A stretch of DNA of 64,000 nt, from positions 1 through 64,000 of the forward strand of contig JAAOMT010000304.1 in assembly GCA_016748015.1 (NCBI GenBank), written 5' to 3'. Below, piece by piece: positions 1-11,125 of the stretch (positions are counted from its first letter, which is position 1; each line of letters opens with the position of its first letter). The position numbers were made by a program, and so were the translations under genes. The stretch is from Geosiphon pyriformis uo1. Its lineage: Eukaryota > Fungi > Glomeromycota. The notes under the pieces are model-generated. The model did not search any database. It worked only from the letters and a program-made list of their open reading frames with translations, and was not told the origin of the DNA.

Positions 1-3
1 CAG

Positions 4-165
4 CCCTAACCCTAACCCTAACCCTAACCCTAACCCTAACCCTAACCCTAACCCTAACCCTAACCCTAACCCTAACCCTAACCCTAACCCTAACCCTAAC
101 CCTAACCCTAACCCTAACCCTAACCCTAACCCTAACCCTAACCCTAACCCTAACCCTAACCCTAA
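4..165 (+). repeat. Canonical telomeric array (CCCTAA)27
   Basis: Uninterrupted CCCTAA hexamers at the start of the window; C-rich strand as expected for a left chromosome end. Confidence 0.98.
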
Positions 166-345
166 CCCTATCCCTAACCCTAACCCTATCCCTATCCCTA
201 TCCCTATCCCTATCCCTATCCCTATCCCTATCCCTATCCCTATCCCTATCCCTATCCCTATCCCTATCCCTAACCCTATCCCTATCCCTATCCCTATCCC
301 TATCCCTATCCCTATCCCTATCCCTATCCCTATCCCTATCCCTAT
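166..345 (+). repeat. Proximal variant telomeric array, mostly (CCCTAT)n
   Basis: 30 hexamers: 27 CCCTAT and 3 CCCTAA (172-183, 268-273). Confidence 0.95.
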
Positions 346-1736
346 TCCTAACAACAAAGACAACTGAAACAGCTAATAACCGAATTTGCAGATATATTTG
401 CAAAAGACAACAATAATCTTAGAAAAACTGATATTGTCTAACATTAGATTTACACAGAAGATGCTCCACCAAAATAACAACAAACCTATTGAGTTTCACC
501 TGCTAGCCACCAATTCATTAGGGAAGAAATCCAGAAAATGCTCAATAACAGATTAATTCAACCATCAAGAAGTTTTTAGGTCTCATTAGTGGTTCTTGTT
601 AAAAGAAAAATAAAAAAATCAGATTCTGTGTAAATTATCATTAGCTTAATAACATGACAATTAAAGATGCCTACCTCCTTTTCAAAATTGATGACATGCT
701 AGATGCTTTAGGAAAAGCCAAGTTTTTTCTAACTTTAGACTTAAAAAGTAAATACTGGTAAGTCAAAATAGATTCAAAAGATTGACTCAAAACAGTATTT
801 ACTATTCAAAAAGAAAACTATAAATTCAATATTATGCTTTTTGGACTTTGCAATGTATTAGCAATATTCTAACAACTCATGAATATTGTATATGAAGAAC
901 TTTTATAACAATCAGTAGTTGTTTATTTGGATAACACTAATGTGTACTTATCAAGCTTCAAAGCTTATCTTATCTACTTGCAAGAAGTTTTTCAACAATT
1001 ATAGAAAGCAGAGTTGAATTTGAACATTAAAAAATGTCACTTTGGAAAAACAAGTTTAATCTTTCTTGAACATATTGTTAGTAAAGATGGAGTTAAACCA
1101 AATCCAAAAACAATCAGTGCAGTTAAAAACTTTCAAACTTCTAAAAATACTACAGAACTATAAAAATTTGTAGAATTAGCTTTTTACTATCAGAAATTTA
1201 TTAAAAGATTCTCAGAAATTGCCAAACCATTCAATTATCTTATCAACAAAAATGTGTTATACTAATGGACTAAAGAACAACAAAAAACCTTTGAACCTCT
1301 TAAAACAAAATTAACAACAGCCTCAGTTCTTGTTTATTCAAACTTTAACAAATGGTTTCAACTAGTCACTGATGCTTCACATACAACATTTGGTGCTATT
1401 CTATCACAATTGGATGAAAATGGCCAGAAGCAAGTTATTGTCTATGCCAGCAGAACACTCAAGCCAACAGAACTTAAATATGGCTCAACTGAATTAAAAG
1501 TTGCTGCAGTCATTTGGGTTCTTAAACATTTTTAATAATACTTAAAAAATGGAAAAGAATTTAATATTATAACTAACAATATTGGCCTTAAATGGCTCAA
1601 TAAAAAGAAAACTGAACAAAGTGCCAAACAGTCTCAATAAAATGACTTCCTAGCAGACTACAAATATATTGTACACCACAAACCAGGAAAACTACACACC
1701 AATGTTAATAGCCTCTCAAAAATGAGACAAAATTAA
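346..1736 (+). pseudogene. pol: Degenerate RT-RNase H of A1
   Basis: Motifs FSNLDLKS.YW, MLFGLCN, VYLDN (YxDD relic, ~921-935), TDAS, YASRTLKPTE, KPGKLHTNVNSLSKMRQN*; many transition-derived stops. Confidence 0.92.
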
Positions 1737-1793
1737 CACCAACAACAATTCCACCATAACTTACCAATCTACTAACAAAATAACAAAACAACA

Positions 1794-3158
1794 ATAGATC
1801 TCAGAGATTACAACAACCTTAAAAACTTTTTGAAAACTCTGACCATGTCAAAAAATTGGTTTCCAAGTGAAAAACATTGATTACAACACTAATCAAAACA
1901 ATATTTCATACACCACAACAAAATCTATTATAAAAATTACAGAAACTCAAACCAATTACTCAGATTAATACAAAAATATAAAAAAGAAATAATTCTATAC
2001 AACATGCACACAGATCCTTTTTCAGCATTCTTGGGAAAAGATGGAACAATTCAAAGAACTTTTGAACATTATTTTTGGCCTTATATGCAAAAAAACATTC
2101 AACAATATGTAGAATTTTGTGATAGTTGTCAAAAAAGAAAAGAAATTCATCTCACAGAATCCTTAAATCCAATCAAAGTTGGAATTGATTTAGTCGGACT
2201 ATTATCTATCACAACCCAAAAAAATTGTTATATTGCAGTTGCAGTAGATTATCTCATCAAATGGCCTGAAACTAAAGCTATTCAAAGAGCAGATGCAAAA
2301 TCAGTAGCAAATTTCATCTATGAAGACATTATTTGTAGACATAAATACCCAATTGAACTTTTATCTGATCAATGAACATATTTTGTAAACAACTTGATAC
2401 AAAAAATTTGTGAATGATTTAATATCAAAAGACCTCTATCATTATCTTATTACTCTCAAACAAATAAACTTGTAAAATGTTTTAACAGAACATTGTGTAA
2501 ATCTTTAGCCAAAGTCTTAACAGATTTTGAGCAAGAATAGAATATATTTATTCTATCAATGTTACTAGCATACAGAACACTAAAACAAGATACTACAAAA
2601 CACACATTATTTGATCTTACTTATAAAAAAACAGCAACATTACCAATTAATTTCACAGTAGAAACATATTTAGTACAACCAATCAATAAAAAAAATTTTC
2701 AAAAAACACTTCAGAGAAGAGTCTATACTCTTTTTAGTACACTAAAAGAAAAAAAATGGATAGCAACAGCTCATAATAAACACTTCTAAGCTCAACAAAA
2801 AGAAAGATATAACAACAAATTACCATTAGTTACCAACGAATTTAAAGTTGGAAATAAAGTTCTCTTACACAGAACTAAGACTGAAAAACAATAGAGTGGA
2901 AAATTTAAAAACAAATGGGATAAACCATTTTATATTTACGAAATTTTAGGCAATAGATCATATAAATTAAGACTTGATGACAAAGTACTAGCAAAAGTTG
3001 CATATGGAAATCATTTGAAACACTATTATTTCAGAAACAATTCTGAATTATTAATTTCACAAATTGGTACACATTTCTCTTTAATCAATTCTGAAAATAT
3101 TTTCCGAAATTTAAAACCAATAATTATTATAGAACAATAACCAAACTTGAATACTTAA
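1794..3158 (+). pseudogene. Degenerate integrase of A1
   Basis: HHCC relic (MHTDP...YFWP...CDSC), GIDLVG, AVDYLIKWPE, LLSDQ, GPF-type motif, terminal LKPIIIIEQ; includes ORFs 2004-2375 and 2559-2789. Confidence 0.92.
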
Positions 3159-3318
3159 TTCAACATAATTTTTACAATAATCTTTTTAATAACACACAAA
3201 AACAGAAAACAAAAATAATAAATAATTACAAGAAACACTCAAACCCAAAAACAAATAAAAACCTTATACCCAAAAAAATTAATTTTCTTTATTTTTTTTT
3301 TAGTTAGTCATTTTTATC

Positions 3319-4010
3319 ATGATTATTCTCCAAAATATTCAACAAATATTCCAAAAATTAATATAAGCCTTAAAAACACTTCTTGACTTATCCATAACAA
3401 TTAATAAAAGTCAAATTAATTACATTCAGAAAGAAATCACAACACCAGTAGTAAATAATTCTCAGAATTATTATTCTTATTAAAAAAAACAAGAGGTCAC
3501 TCTGAAAATCAATTACCAGAATTTTTAAAGCAAACATTAAAAGAAAATTTTTTATTTGCCCCTATTGACATTTCACCAAATATTACAATCCAACAAAAAC
3601 TTCTACTATTTCTTAATAAACAAAACAATGAACATACTCTTATCTATAAATATTTTCATATTAGAAAAACACTTTATGAATGAAAACTAGAACTTAAAAC
3701 AACAAATATTACTTCTAAAGCTATATAAAACCAAATCCACAATGAATTCAAGACAGCAGCTGGATCAACAAATACTCACTACAAACTTAGAGCAGCATTT
3801 AGACTCTATAATTTATTCAACATTTGTGAAAATATCTTACAAAATCTAATACTTCATTCAATAAAGATTCAATACATTAGAAAACTCACAGAACTGAAAT
3901 TTCAACAATTTTTAGACCAGATTACTTTAATTATCTTGAACCACTATCTTAATATTACAAATAGTGTTTGGACTTTGACAGAGCTCAGTTTTAAGGAGGA
4001 GATTATGTTA
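3319..4010 (+). pseudogene. Extra 3' ORF (ORF3, ~230 aa, unknown function) of A1
   Basis: ATG at 3319; one frame with a few transition stops, running through the PPT; homologous to ~43921-44605 and to family B ORF3. Confidence 0.75.
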
Positions 4011-4964
4011 CCAGTAGAATTTTTGCTATTAATTAGCATAAAATTACCATTATAATTCCTAATATTAATTAGCATATATTATTATTATTTCGATTATTAT
4101 TTATTATTTAATCAAATTATCAAATATTATTACTTAATCAATAATCCAATTTGTACTATAGAAATTAAGATGATCAAATTACACAATACTCTGAACCATT
4201 CAATATAGTCAAAATTTGCCGAAATTAATAAAAATTGGCCGAAATAATCAATAGTTCAGTAAAATAACTTGTAGTTTGCCGAAATGTATTTTTAGTTCAC
4301 CAAAATTGTAGCAAAGAAAAAAGCACAAGTTCAAAAACTAGTATTATAACAAATTGTATAAAAAAAGAGCTTTTTTCTTCAAGAAAATATATTTTCATAT
4401 AGTATTTTACTTTAGATATCTTAATTAGAACAAATCATCTTTTACATATCTTAAATAAAAATTAAATATTTGAAAACCAAATCCTTTGATTATTACACTT
4501 GAAATTCTCTCAACAGAAACTAACATTTTGAAATTGATTAGTTACCAATTTCAGTAATTTGTTAGTGACTTCAAGCCTAAATAGAAAACAATTCTCTTAA
4601 CAAAATCTTATTTCTTTTATATTTCTTTTATTTTTTATTTTTTTATTATTATAATCATTAGAGTAGTCTATAGACAAAATTCCTATAGAAAAGTTGACTT
4701 TTACAGCAAAATAACTACACATTTTAGTGAGCTTCCAGACAAGCAATTTCTGGAAAAAAGTTGATGTTTACTACAATATAATTACATAAAGTAATTGGCA
4801 AAAAATTGGTTATTCTACTTATAAACCCAGCAATTCAAATTATAGGAAATAATTTGAAGATAAATTCAGTTATTGGAGGTTCAACTGCTTCCAAAAAACG
4901 TGAAATTAGCAACAGACAAACAGTAACAACATTCAAAAAAAGAGATCAAAAATCTCCAGTAACA
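4006..4964 (+). repeat. 3' LTR of A1 (959 bp)
   Basis: TGTTAC...GTAACA termini; homologous to 35693-36664 and 44602-45572. Confidence 0.95.
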
Positions 4965-6096
4965 TTATTAATGTATTCAGATATTATCTAATACATTCAA
5001 AATTGTGATACTTGTTAGAAAAAAGAAGGAACAAAATCCAGTAAACCACTAAAACCAATTAAAATGGGATAATTATTTGATCAAATTGGAATTGACTTAG
5101 TCAGACCATTAACAATAACCAGTAAAGACAATTATTATATAACAATAGCCATGAATTATTTCACAAAATAGCCAGAAGTAAAAGCAATTCAAAGAGCAGA
5201 TACAGAATCTATAGCTAAATTTGTCCACCAAAATTTGATCTGTTAACACAAATGTCTGAAAAAATTATTATTAGATCAAGGAACCTATTTTGTAAACAAA
5301 ACATTAGCAGAATTAAATCAAAGATTTAGAATTAAAAGACTATTATTATTATCATATTATCTACAAACAAATAGCTTAGTTAAAAGATTCAACAAAATAT
5401 TGTGTAAAGCAATAACTAAGATTAACCAAAAAACTCAGAATGAATGGAATTTGTTTATATCATCAGTACTATTTGCTTATCAAACAATAAAGCAAGATAC
5501 TACACAAGCAATATTATTTAAACTTGTTTATAGTAAAACAGCAATATTATTAGTTAAGATAGACATCAACACATATATAATAGAACTAATAACAGAGGCC
5601 AATTTACAAAAAACATTACTGAAAAAAAGATACAAACTAATAAAAACTTTAAAAAACAAAAGATAAAAAGCAGTTGATAACATTCAAAAGTGATAAAAAA
5701 AACAAAAAAATTGACATAATAACCAATTACCAAATAAACCAGTTGAATTCAGAACTGGAGACAAAGTACTATTATATTATACTAAAGTAGAAAAACAATA
5801 GAATAGAAAATTTGATTTCAAATGAAATGGACTATTTCATATTGAAGAAATTCTAGAAAATAGAGCTTACAAACTAAGATAGAACAACAAAATTTTAGCT
5901 AAAGCAGTATATAAAGATGACTGAAATCATATTACAATATAGTATTATCATTTATTAGTAATATTCCACAACTAAAAGCATAACAAATACTAGTCCAACC
6001 AGATAAAATTTTATGAGATCTAGAACCAATTATAATTATTGACACAAATATGTCAAAGTGATTAACCAAAATAATATAAAAAAACACAATATATAT
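4965..6096 (+). mobile_element. Gypsy B1 (family B), integrase segment; host of A1 and B2
   Basis: Begins mid-integrase (LLMYSDII.YIQNCDTC) right after the A1 LTR; GIDLVRP, DLEPIIII; resumes at 15769. Confidence 0.9.
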
Positions 6097-6882
6097 TGTT
6101 ACAGATAATTATTTGGGGTCTTAAATTAAATAACAAATTTATAACTTGGTACTTAATAGCTAATATTGTTAATAATTTTTGAAGGTTTTCTTGGTCTAAA
6201 AGTTTTGGTTGAGTTTTTTGTATAATAAACAGAAATTCAAGTATTGTTTAATTCTTTGCTTTCTGGAATTGTAATTCTGTTAATTTTTTTCTTGGCATGA
6301 TGGCCAGCAATTTTCTAATAAGCTATTTTCAATTTCGAGTGTTTACTCTTATTCTTGGGTTTTTTATCAGTGCTATATCCTGATGTTAGTACCCCATGTG
6401 TTAATCTTTTTAATAAATTAGTAAATTAACAATAAAACTAAAATAAAATAAAATAAAAAAAATAATGAAAAAAGAAATAAAGAGATAAGTCAAGACAAAA
6501 AAAGTTAGTATTCCATTAATAACCATGATCAAGAGCTATTGTTTCAGTGTAATTAAGTATTAGATACTATTAATATAAAGTGTTGATAGTAGAGAAAGTG
6601 ATTTAGACAGTGAATAATTATTTTATTAATATTGATAATTCTAACTAAGATGTCTTAATGAGATAATCTTGGTATCAATTCTGTCTCTTCTGTTTTTAAC
6701 ACTCTTACTATATATACATAATTTGAGTTCTATGAGATTGCTTACATTTCTGAGTGATGTGCTATAACTTCTTAAGCAATGTTCATATTGCTAAGCAATG
6801 TGCTTATGTGTTAGCTCTTATTCTCCTATTGGTCTATCTGTTTTTTCTACTATTTTCTTGTATGTTTTTTCTATGAGTAACA
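6097..6882 (-). repeat. 3' LTR of B2
   Basis: TGTTAC/GTAACA termini; direct repeat of 14969-15768. Confidence 0.95.
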
Positions 6883-6899
6883 TTATGTTTTTTTTTTAA

Positions 6900-7548
6900 T
6901 ATTGAGCTCTATTAAAATTTTTATTTTGAATTAGGTTTATGACTTTTCTCTCTAATATCATTTGTTTAATTCTGTTTCTTATATCTTTAATTTGCGAATT
7001 GTTTATTCTTCTTCACTAGTTAATAGTTATTGTTTCCATGTCAGGATGTAGCAATGTTTCTGGATAGTTTTAAAATATTGTATGTAGTTAATAAATTGTT
7101 CTAATATGTAGTATTAGATTTGTTTTTTTTCAATAATGTCTTCAATATTCTATATTATCTCTTAATTGAATATTTTTTTGGTTTTATCAAGATATAACTT
7201 CCAAATATCCAACTTTTGTCCCAACTAATAGTAACAGTATAGTATTAGAAGTTGTTCTATCTACTGTTTCCAATTTTTTTTTAAAAGTTCTGTTAGAACC
7301 ATAATGGGTTTTTTTTCAAATGTGTTCTTCACTTTTTTTTCTATTTTCTCTGACCAGTTTTCTGGTTGGTTCTGTGGTCTCTAATATGGTGTACTTTTTT
7401 CTTTTTGTTTGGTGTTTCAATAACAAATTATTTGGTGATTGATGGTAATTTTTATGTCTAATTGTTGTTGATTTAAGCCCTAAAATAATTGTTAAACTAA
7501 GATGTGGATATAGTCTGATATTTTCATTTTCTTTGTTTTTTTTGTCAT
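6900..7548 (-). pseudogene. ORF3 of B2
   Basis: ATG at 7548; homologous to 15771-16435 and 57602-58260. Confidence 0.7.
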
Positions 7549-7589
7549 ATATATTGTGTCTTTATATACTCTTTTAGTTAATTAATTTG

Positions 7590-8932
7590 ATGCATTTAAA
7601 TCAATTGGTTTAATATCTTGTGGGATTTTATCTGGTTGAATTAGTATTCATTGTATTTCTAGTTGTGAAATATTATTGGTAGATAATGGTACTATATTGT
7701 AATATAGTTTCAGTCGATTTCCATGTATTGCTTTAGCTAAAATTTTGTTGTCTCATCTTAGTTTGTAAGCTTCATTTCCTAGAATTTTTTTAATGTGAAA
7801 TAATCCATCCTATTTGGGATCAAATTTTCCACTCCATTGTTTTTCTGCTCTGATATAATATAAGAGTACTTTGTCTCCAATTCTGAATTCAACTGGTTTA
7901 TCTGGTAATTAGTTATTATATTGTTTTTTTTGTTTTTCTTGTGATCTTTAAATATTATCAGCTGCTTTTTTTTATTTGTTTTCTAAAGTTTCTATTAAGT
8001 TATATGTTTTTCTTAACAATATGTCTTGAAAATTGTCTTCTGTTATTGATTCTATTGGATATGTGTTGACTTTTATCTCAACTGATAATATTGCTGTTCT
8101 ACCATATACTAATTCAAATAGTATTACTTATATAGTATCTTGCTTCATTGTTTGATAAGCAAATAGTATTGATGATATAAACAAATCCCATTTGTCTTGA
8201 TTTTTTTGGCTGATTTTAGCAATTGCTTTACACAATGTTCTGTTGAATTTTTCAATTAAATCATTTGTTTATGAATAATATGGTAATAATGATGGTCTCT
8301 TAATTCTAAATTTTTGGCTTAATTCTGTTAATATTCTGTTTACAAAGTGAGTTTTTTGATCTGATAATAATTTTTTTGGGCATCTATGTTGACAAATCAA
8401 ATCTTGATGAACAAATTTGGCCATAAATTCTGTATCTGCTCTTTGAATTGCTTTTGCTTCTGGCTATTTTGTGAAATAGTCTATAGCTACTATTATATAA
8501 CAATTGCCTCTGTTGGTTATTGTTAATGATCTGACTAAGTTAATTCTAATTCTATCAAATAGTTATTCTACTTTGATTGGTCTTAATGGTTTATTGGGTC
8601 TTGCTTCTCTTTTTTTCTGATAAGTATCACAATTTTGAATATATTGAATAATATCTGGATACATTAATAGCCAATAATATTTTTTTTTGGTTCTTTCTAT
8701 GATTGCTTCTTTATAAAAATGTCTTGCTGTTAGATCTGAATACATGTTATATAGTATTGTTTCTTTTTCCAGTTCTGTAATTACTCTGAGTGGTTGATCT
8801 AAATTCTTTCTATTTTTTTAATATAATATATTTTGATTGTTGTTTTATGTGTTTTGTTTCTTTTGAGATAATTTCCTTAAACTATTAAATATTAATATAG
8901 TGCTGGAGTTGTTAATATTTTTGTGTATTTAT
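7590..8932 (-). pseudogene. Integrase of B2
   Basis: YYWLLMYPDIIQYIQNCD (ORF 8563-8745), core DDE region, QWSGKFDPK. Confidence 0.9.
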
Positions 8933-8962
8933 CTTTTGTTATATTTTTGAGTTGAAATGTTC

Positions 8963-10330
8963 TTAGATTTGTCTCATTTACAACAAACTATCAATATTTC
9001 TGTTTTTTTTTTTTTTTTATAATATACAGTATATTTGAATAATAAAAGTTCTATTTTCTATCTGGTATGGTGATTATCTCCAAATTTTTGCTTTTGGATT
9101 GATATTAATCTTTTGTGATCAGTGTATATTTCAAATTTCTGGCTTAGATATTTTTTTTTTTATGACTGCTTAATAGATAGCTAAATATTCTAATGCTAGT
9201 GTTCTATAATAATTTTCTGCTGAACTTAAACTTTGGCTAGAATATGCTACTGGATGTTCTTGTCCATTCAATCTTCTTTGAAACAGTATGGCTCTCAATG
9301 CTTGACCAGATGCATCAATAGTAATAATAAATAGCTTGTTGTGATTTGGATAGATTAGTACTGATGCTTAAATAAGCTTTCTTCTTAGTATATTAAAAGC
9401 TTCTTATTGAGCTTTAATTTATTCATATTTCATATTTTTGGCTTGAAGTTGGTGAAATAATTGAGCCAATTTGGAGAAGTTCTGGATAAAATAGTAATAG
9501 TATTCAGCAAAATTCAAGAATACTCTTAATTTTATAAGATTTGTTGGTACTGAGAAGTTTTTAACAATCTTAATCTTGTTTAAATCCATCTTAATTCTAT
9601 TTTTACTTATGATATATCCTAAAAATTTCAGGTCTGTCTTGCCAAAGAAGCATTTGTTTGCATTTAGTTTCAGTTCAGCTTTTTTTAATCTCTTAAACAT
9701 CTGTTATAGATAATGAAAATGATCATTGAATGTTTTTAAGAATACATTTGTGTTATCCAAGTATACAATTACTGATTTCCATAGTAATCTAGGGTAAACA
9801 ATTTCAATAAATTATTGGAAAGTGGCTGGTATATTGGTTAAACCAAATAACATAACTTTAAATTCGAAATTCTCTTTTCTTATGATGAATGTAGTTTTTT
9901 TTTTGTCTTTCAGTTTCATGGTTATTTGCCAGTAATCACTATTTAAATCCAAAGTGGAAAACCATTTTTTTCCTCCAAAAGCATTAAATAATTCCTGAAT
10001 TTGTAAAGTTAGATAACTGTCTTTATAAATAACACTGTTGAGCTTTTTATAATCCACACAAAAGCAGATTTTTTCATTCTTTTTGCAAACTAGTACTACT
10101 GGTAATGACTATGAACTTATTGATAGTTGAATTAACCTATTGTCTAACATCTGGTTGATTTTCTGTTAGATGATTTCATGGCTTGCTAATAGTACTCTGT
10201 ATGCTCTTTGTTTAATTGGCATTGCATCTCCAGTCTTGATCTGATGTTAAATGATATCAGTTTTGCCAAATTCATTTTTACTGGCAAAAATATTAGTAAA
10301 ATTGTTAAGCAACATCTTGAGCTGCATTCA
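8963..10330 (-). pseudogene. pol: RT-RNase H of B2
   Basis: ORFs 9812-10057 (DYKKLN, FSTLDL, MLFGLTN) and 9419-9700 (LKLNANKC, FLGYII); IDASG. Confidence 0.92.
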
Positions 10331-10699
10331 TTGAAGTGGGTTTAGATTTTTTAAGTCCATTTGTTTTAAATATTTTGGTTGGAGTAAATAGCATTTCTCT
10401 TATTCATATATAGTTTGTGATATGATATTTACATATCTGTATAGTTGTGGAAAATTTGAGATAGTGCTTAGTGGTTAGTCTTCGACTTTAGTGCTCAAAT
10501 ATCCAATGGTAATTTTTTTTGGTATTTTAATAAGGTCTCCAATTGTATTGTGAATGAAAATTTTGATGTGTTTGTAACTTTTAGCTGGTATTTAGAGATT
10601 AGTAATAGCAATCTTTTCTGATTTACAAATAGTGATTTCTACTTCAAAAATTTGAGGTTGATTTCTTACTTTTCCTCTGCCATATTAATTGATATATTT

Positions 10700-11125
10700 A
10701 TTCTATTCATAAATTCAAATCCATTTATCCCTCTTTTTGTCATCCCTAATTCTTTCTTTTTTTTTACTGATACTAACTAAGCTATTTTAACCAGAGACAG
10801 AAATATTGCCTGTACTATCTTTTCATTTGGTTCAATAAATTTTTTTTTTTCTGAGTCATTTTGTAGTATTGCAATGATATTTTTTACATATTCTGTGTCA
10901 ATTATTCTTCCTCTTATATTAATCTCTTTTTTTGCTAAACTACTCTTAGATGCTAGTTGGACTATTGTTGTTGCTAGAATTTTTAGTACTACTTTCAGAT
11001 CAATACAGGTGTGTAAATTTGATGGCATTTTTTTTTGAATATCTCAAATCAAATCTTCTATTGGTATTATATATGCATTCTGACATAATATCTTCATCAT
11101 TATCACTGAACCATTTGAGTTCTTG
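10700..11125 (-). pseudogene. dut: dUTPase domain of B2
   Basis: Motif relics RFDLRY, QLASKSSLAKK, RGRIIDTEY, EKIVQAIF, G-F-E-F C-terminal loop. Confidence 0.85.

Larger units (their letters stand above)
346..4964 (+). mobile_element. Ty3/Gypsy element A1 (family A), 5'-truncated by the telomere
   Basis: Colinear with 40922-45572 of full-length copy A2; RT, RNase H, integrase, ORF3, PPT (aaggaggaga ~3993-4002) and 3' LTR are present. Confidence 0.95.
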
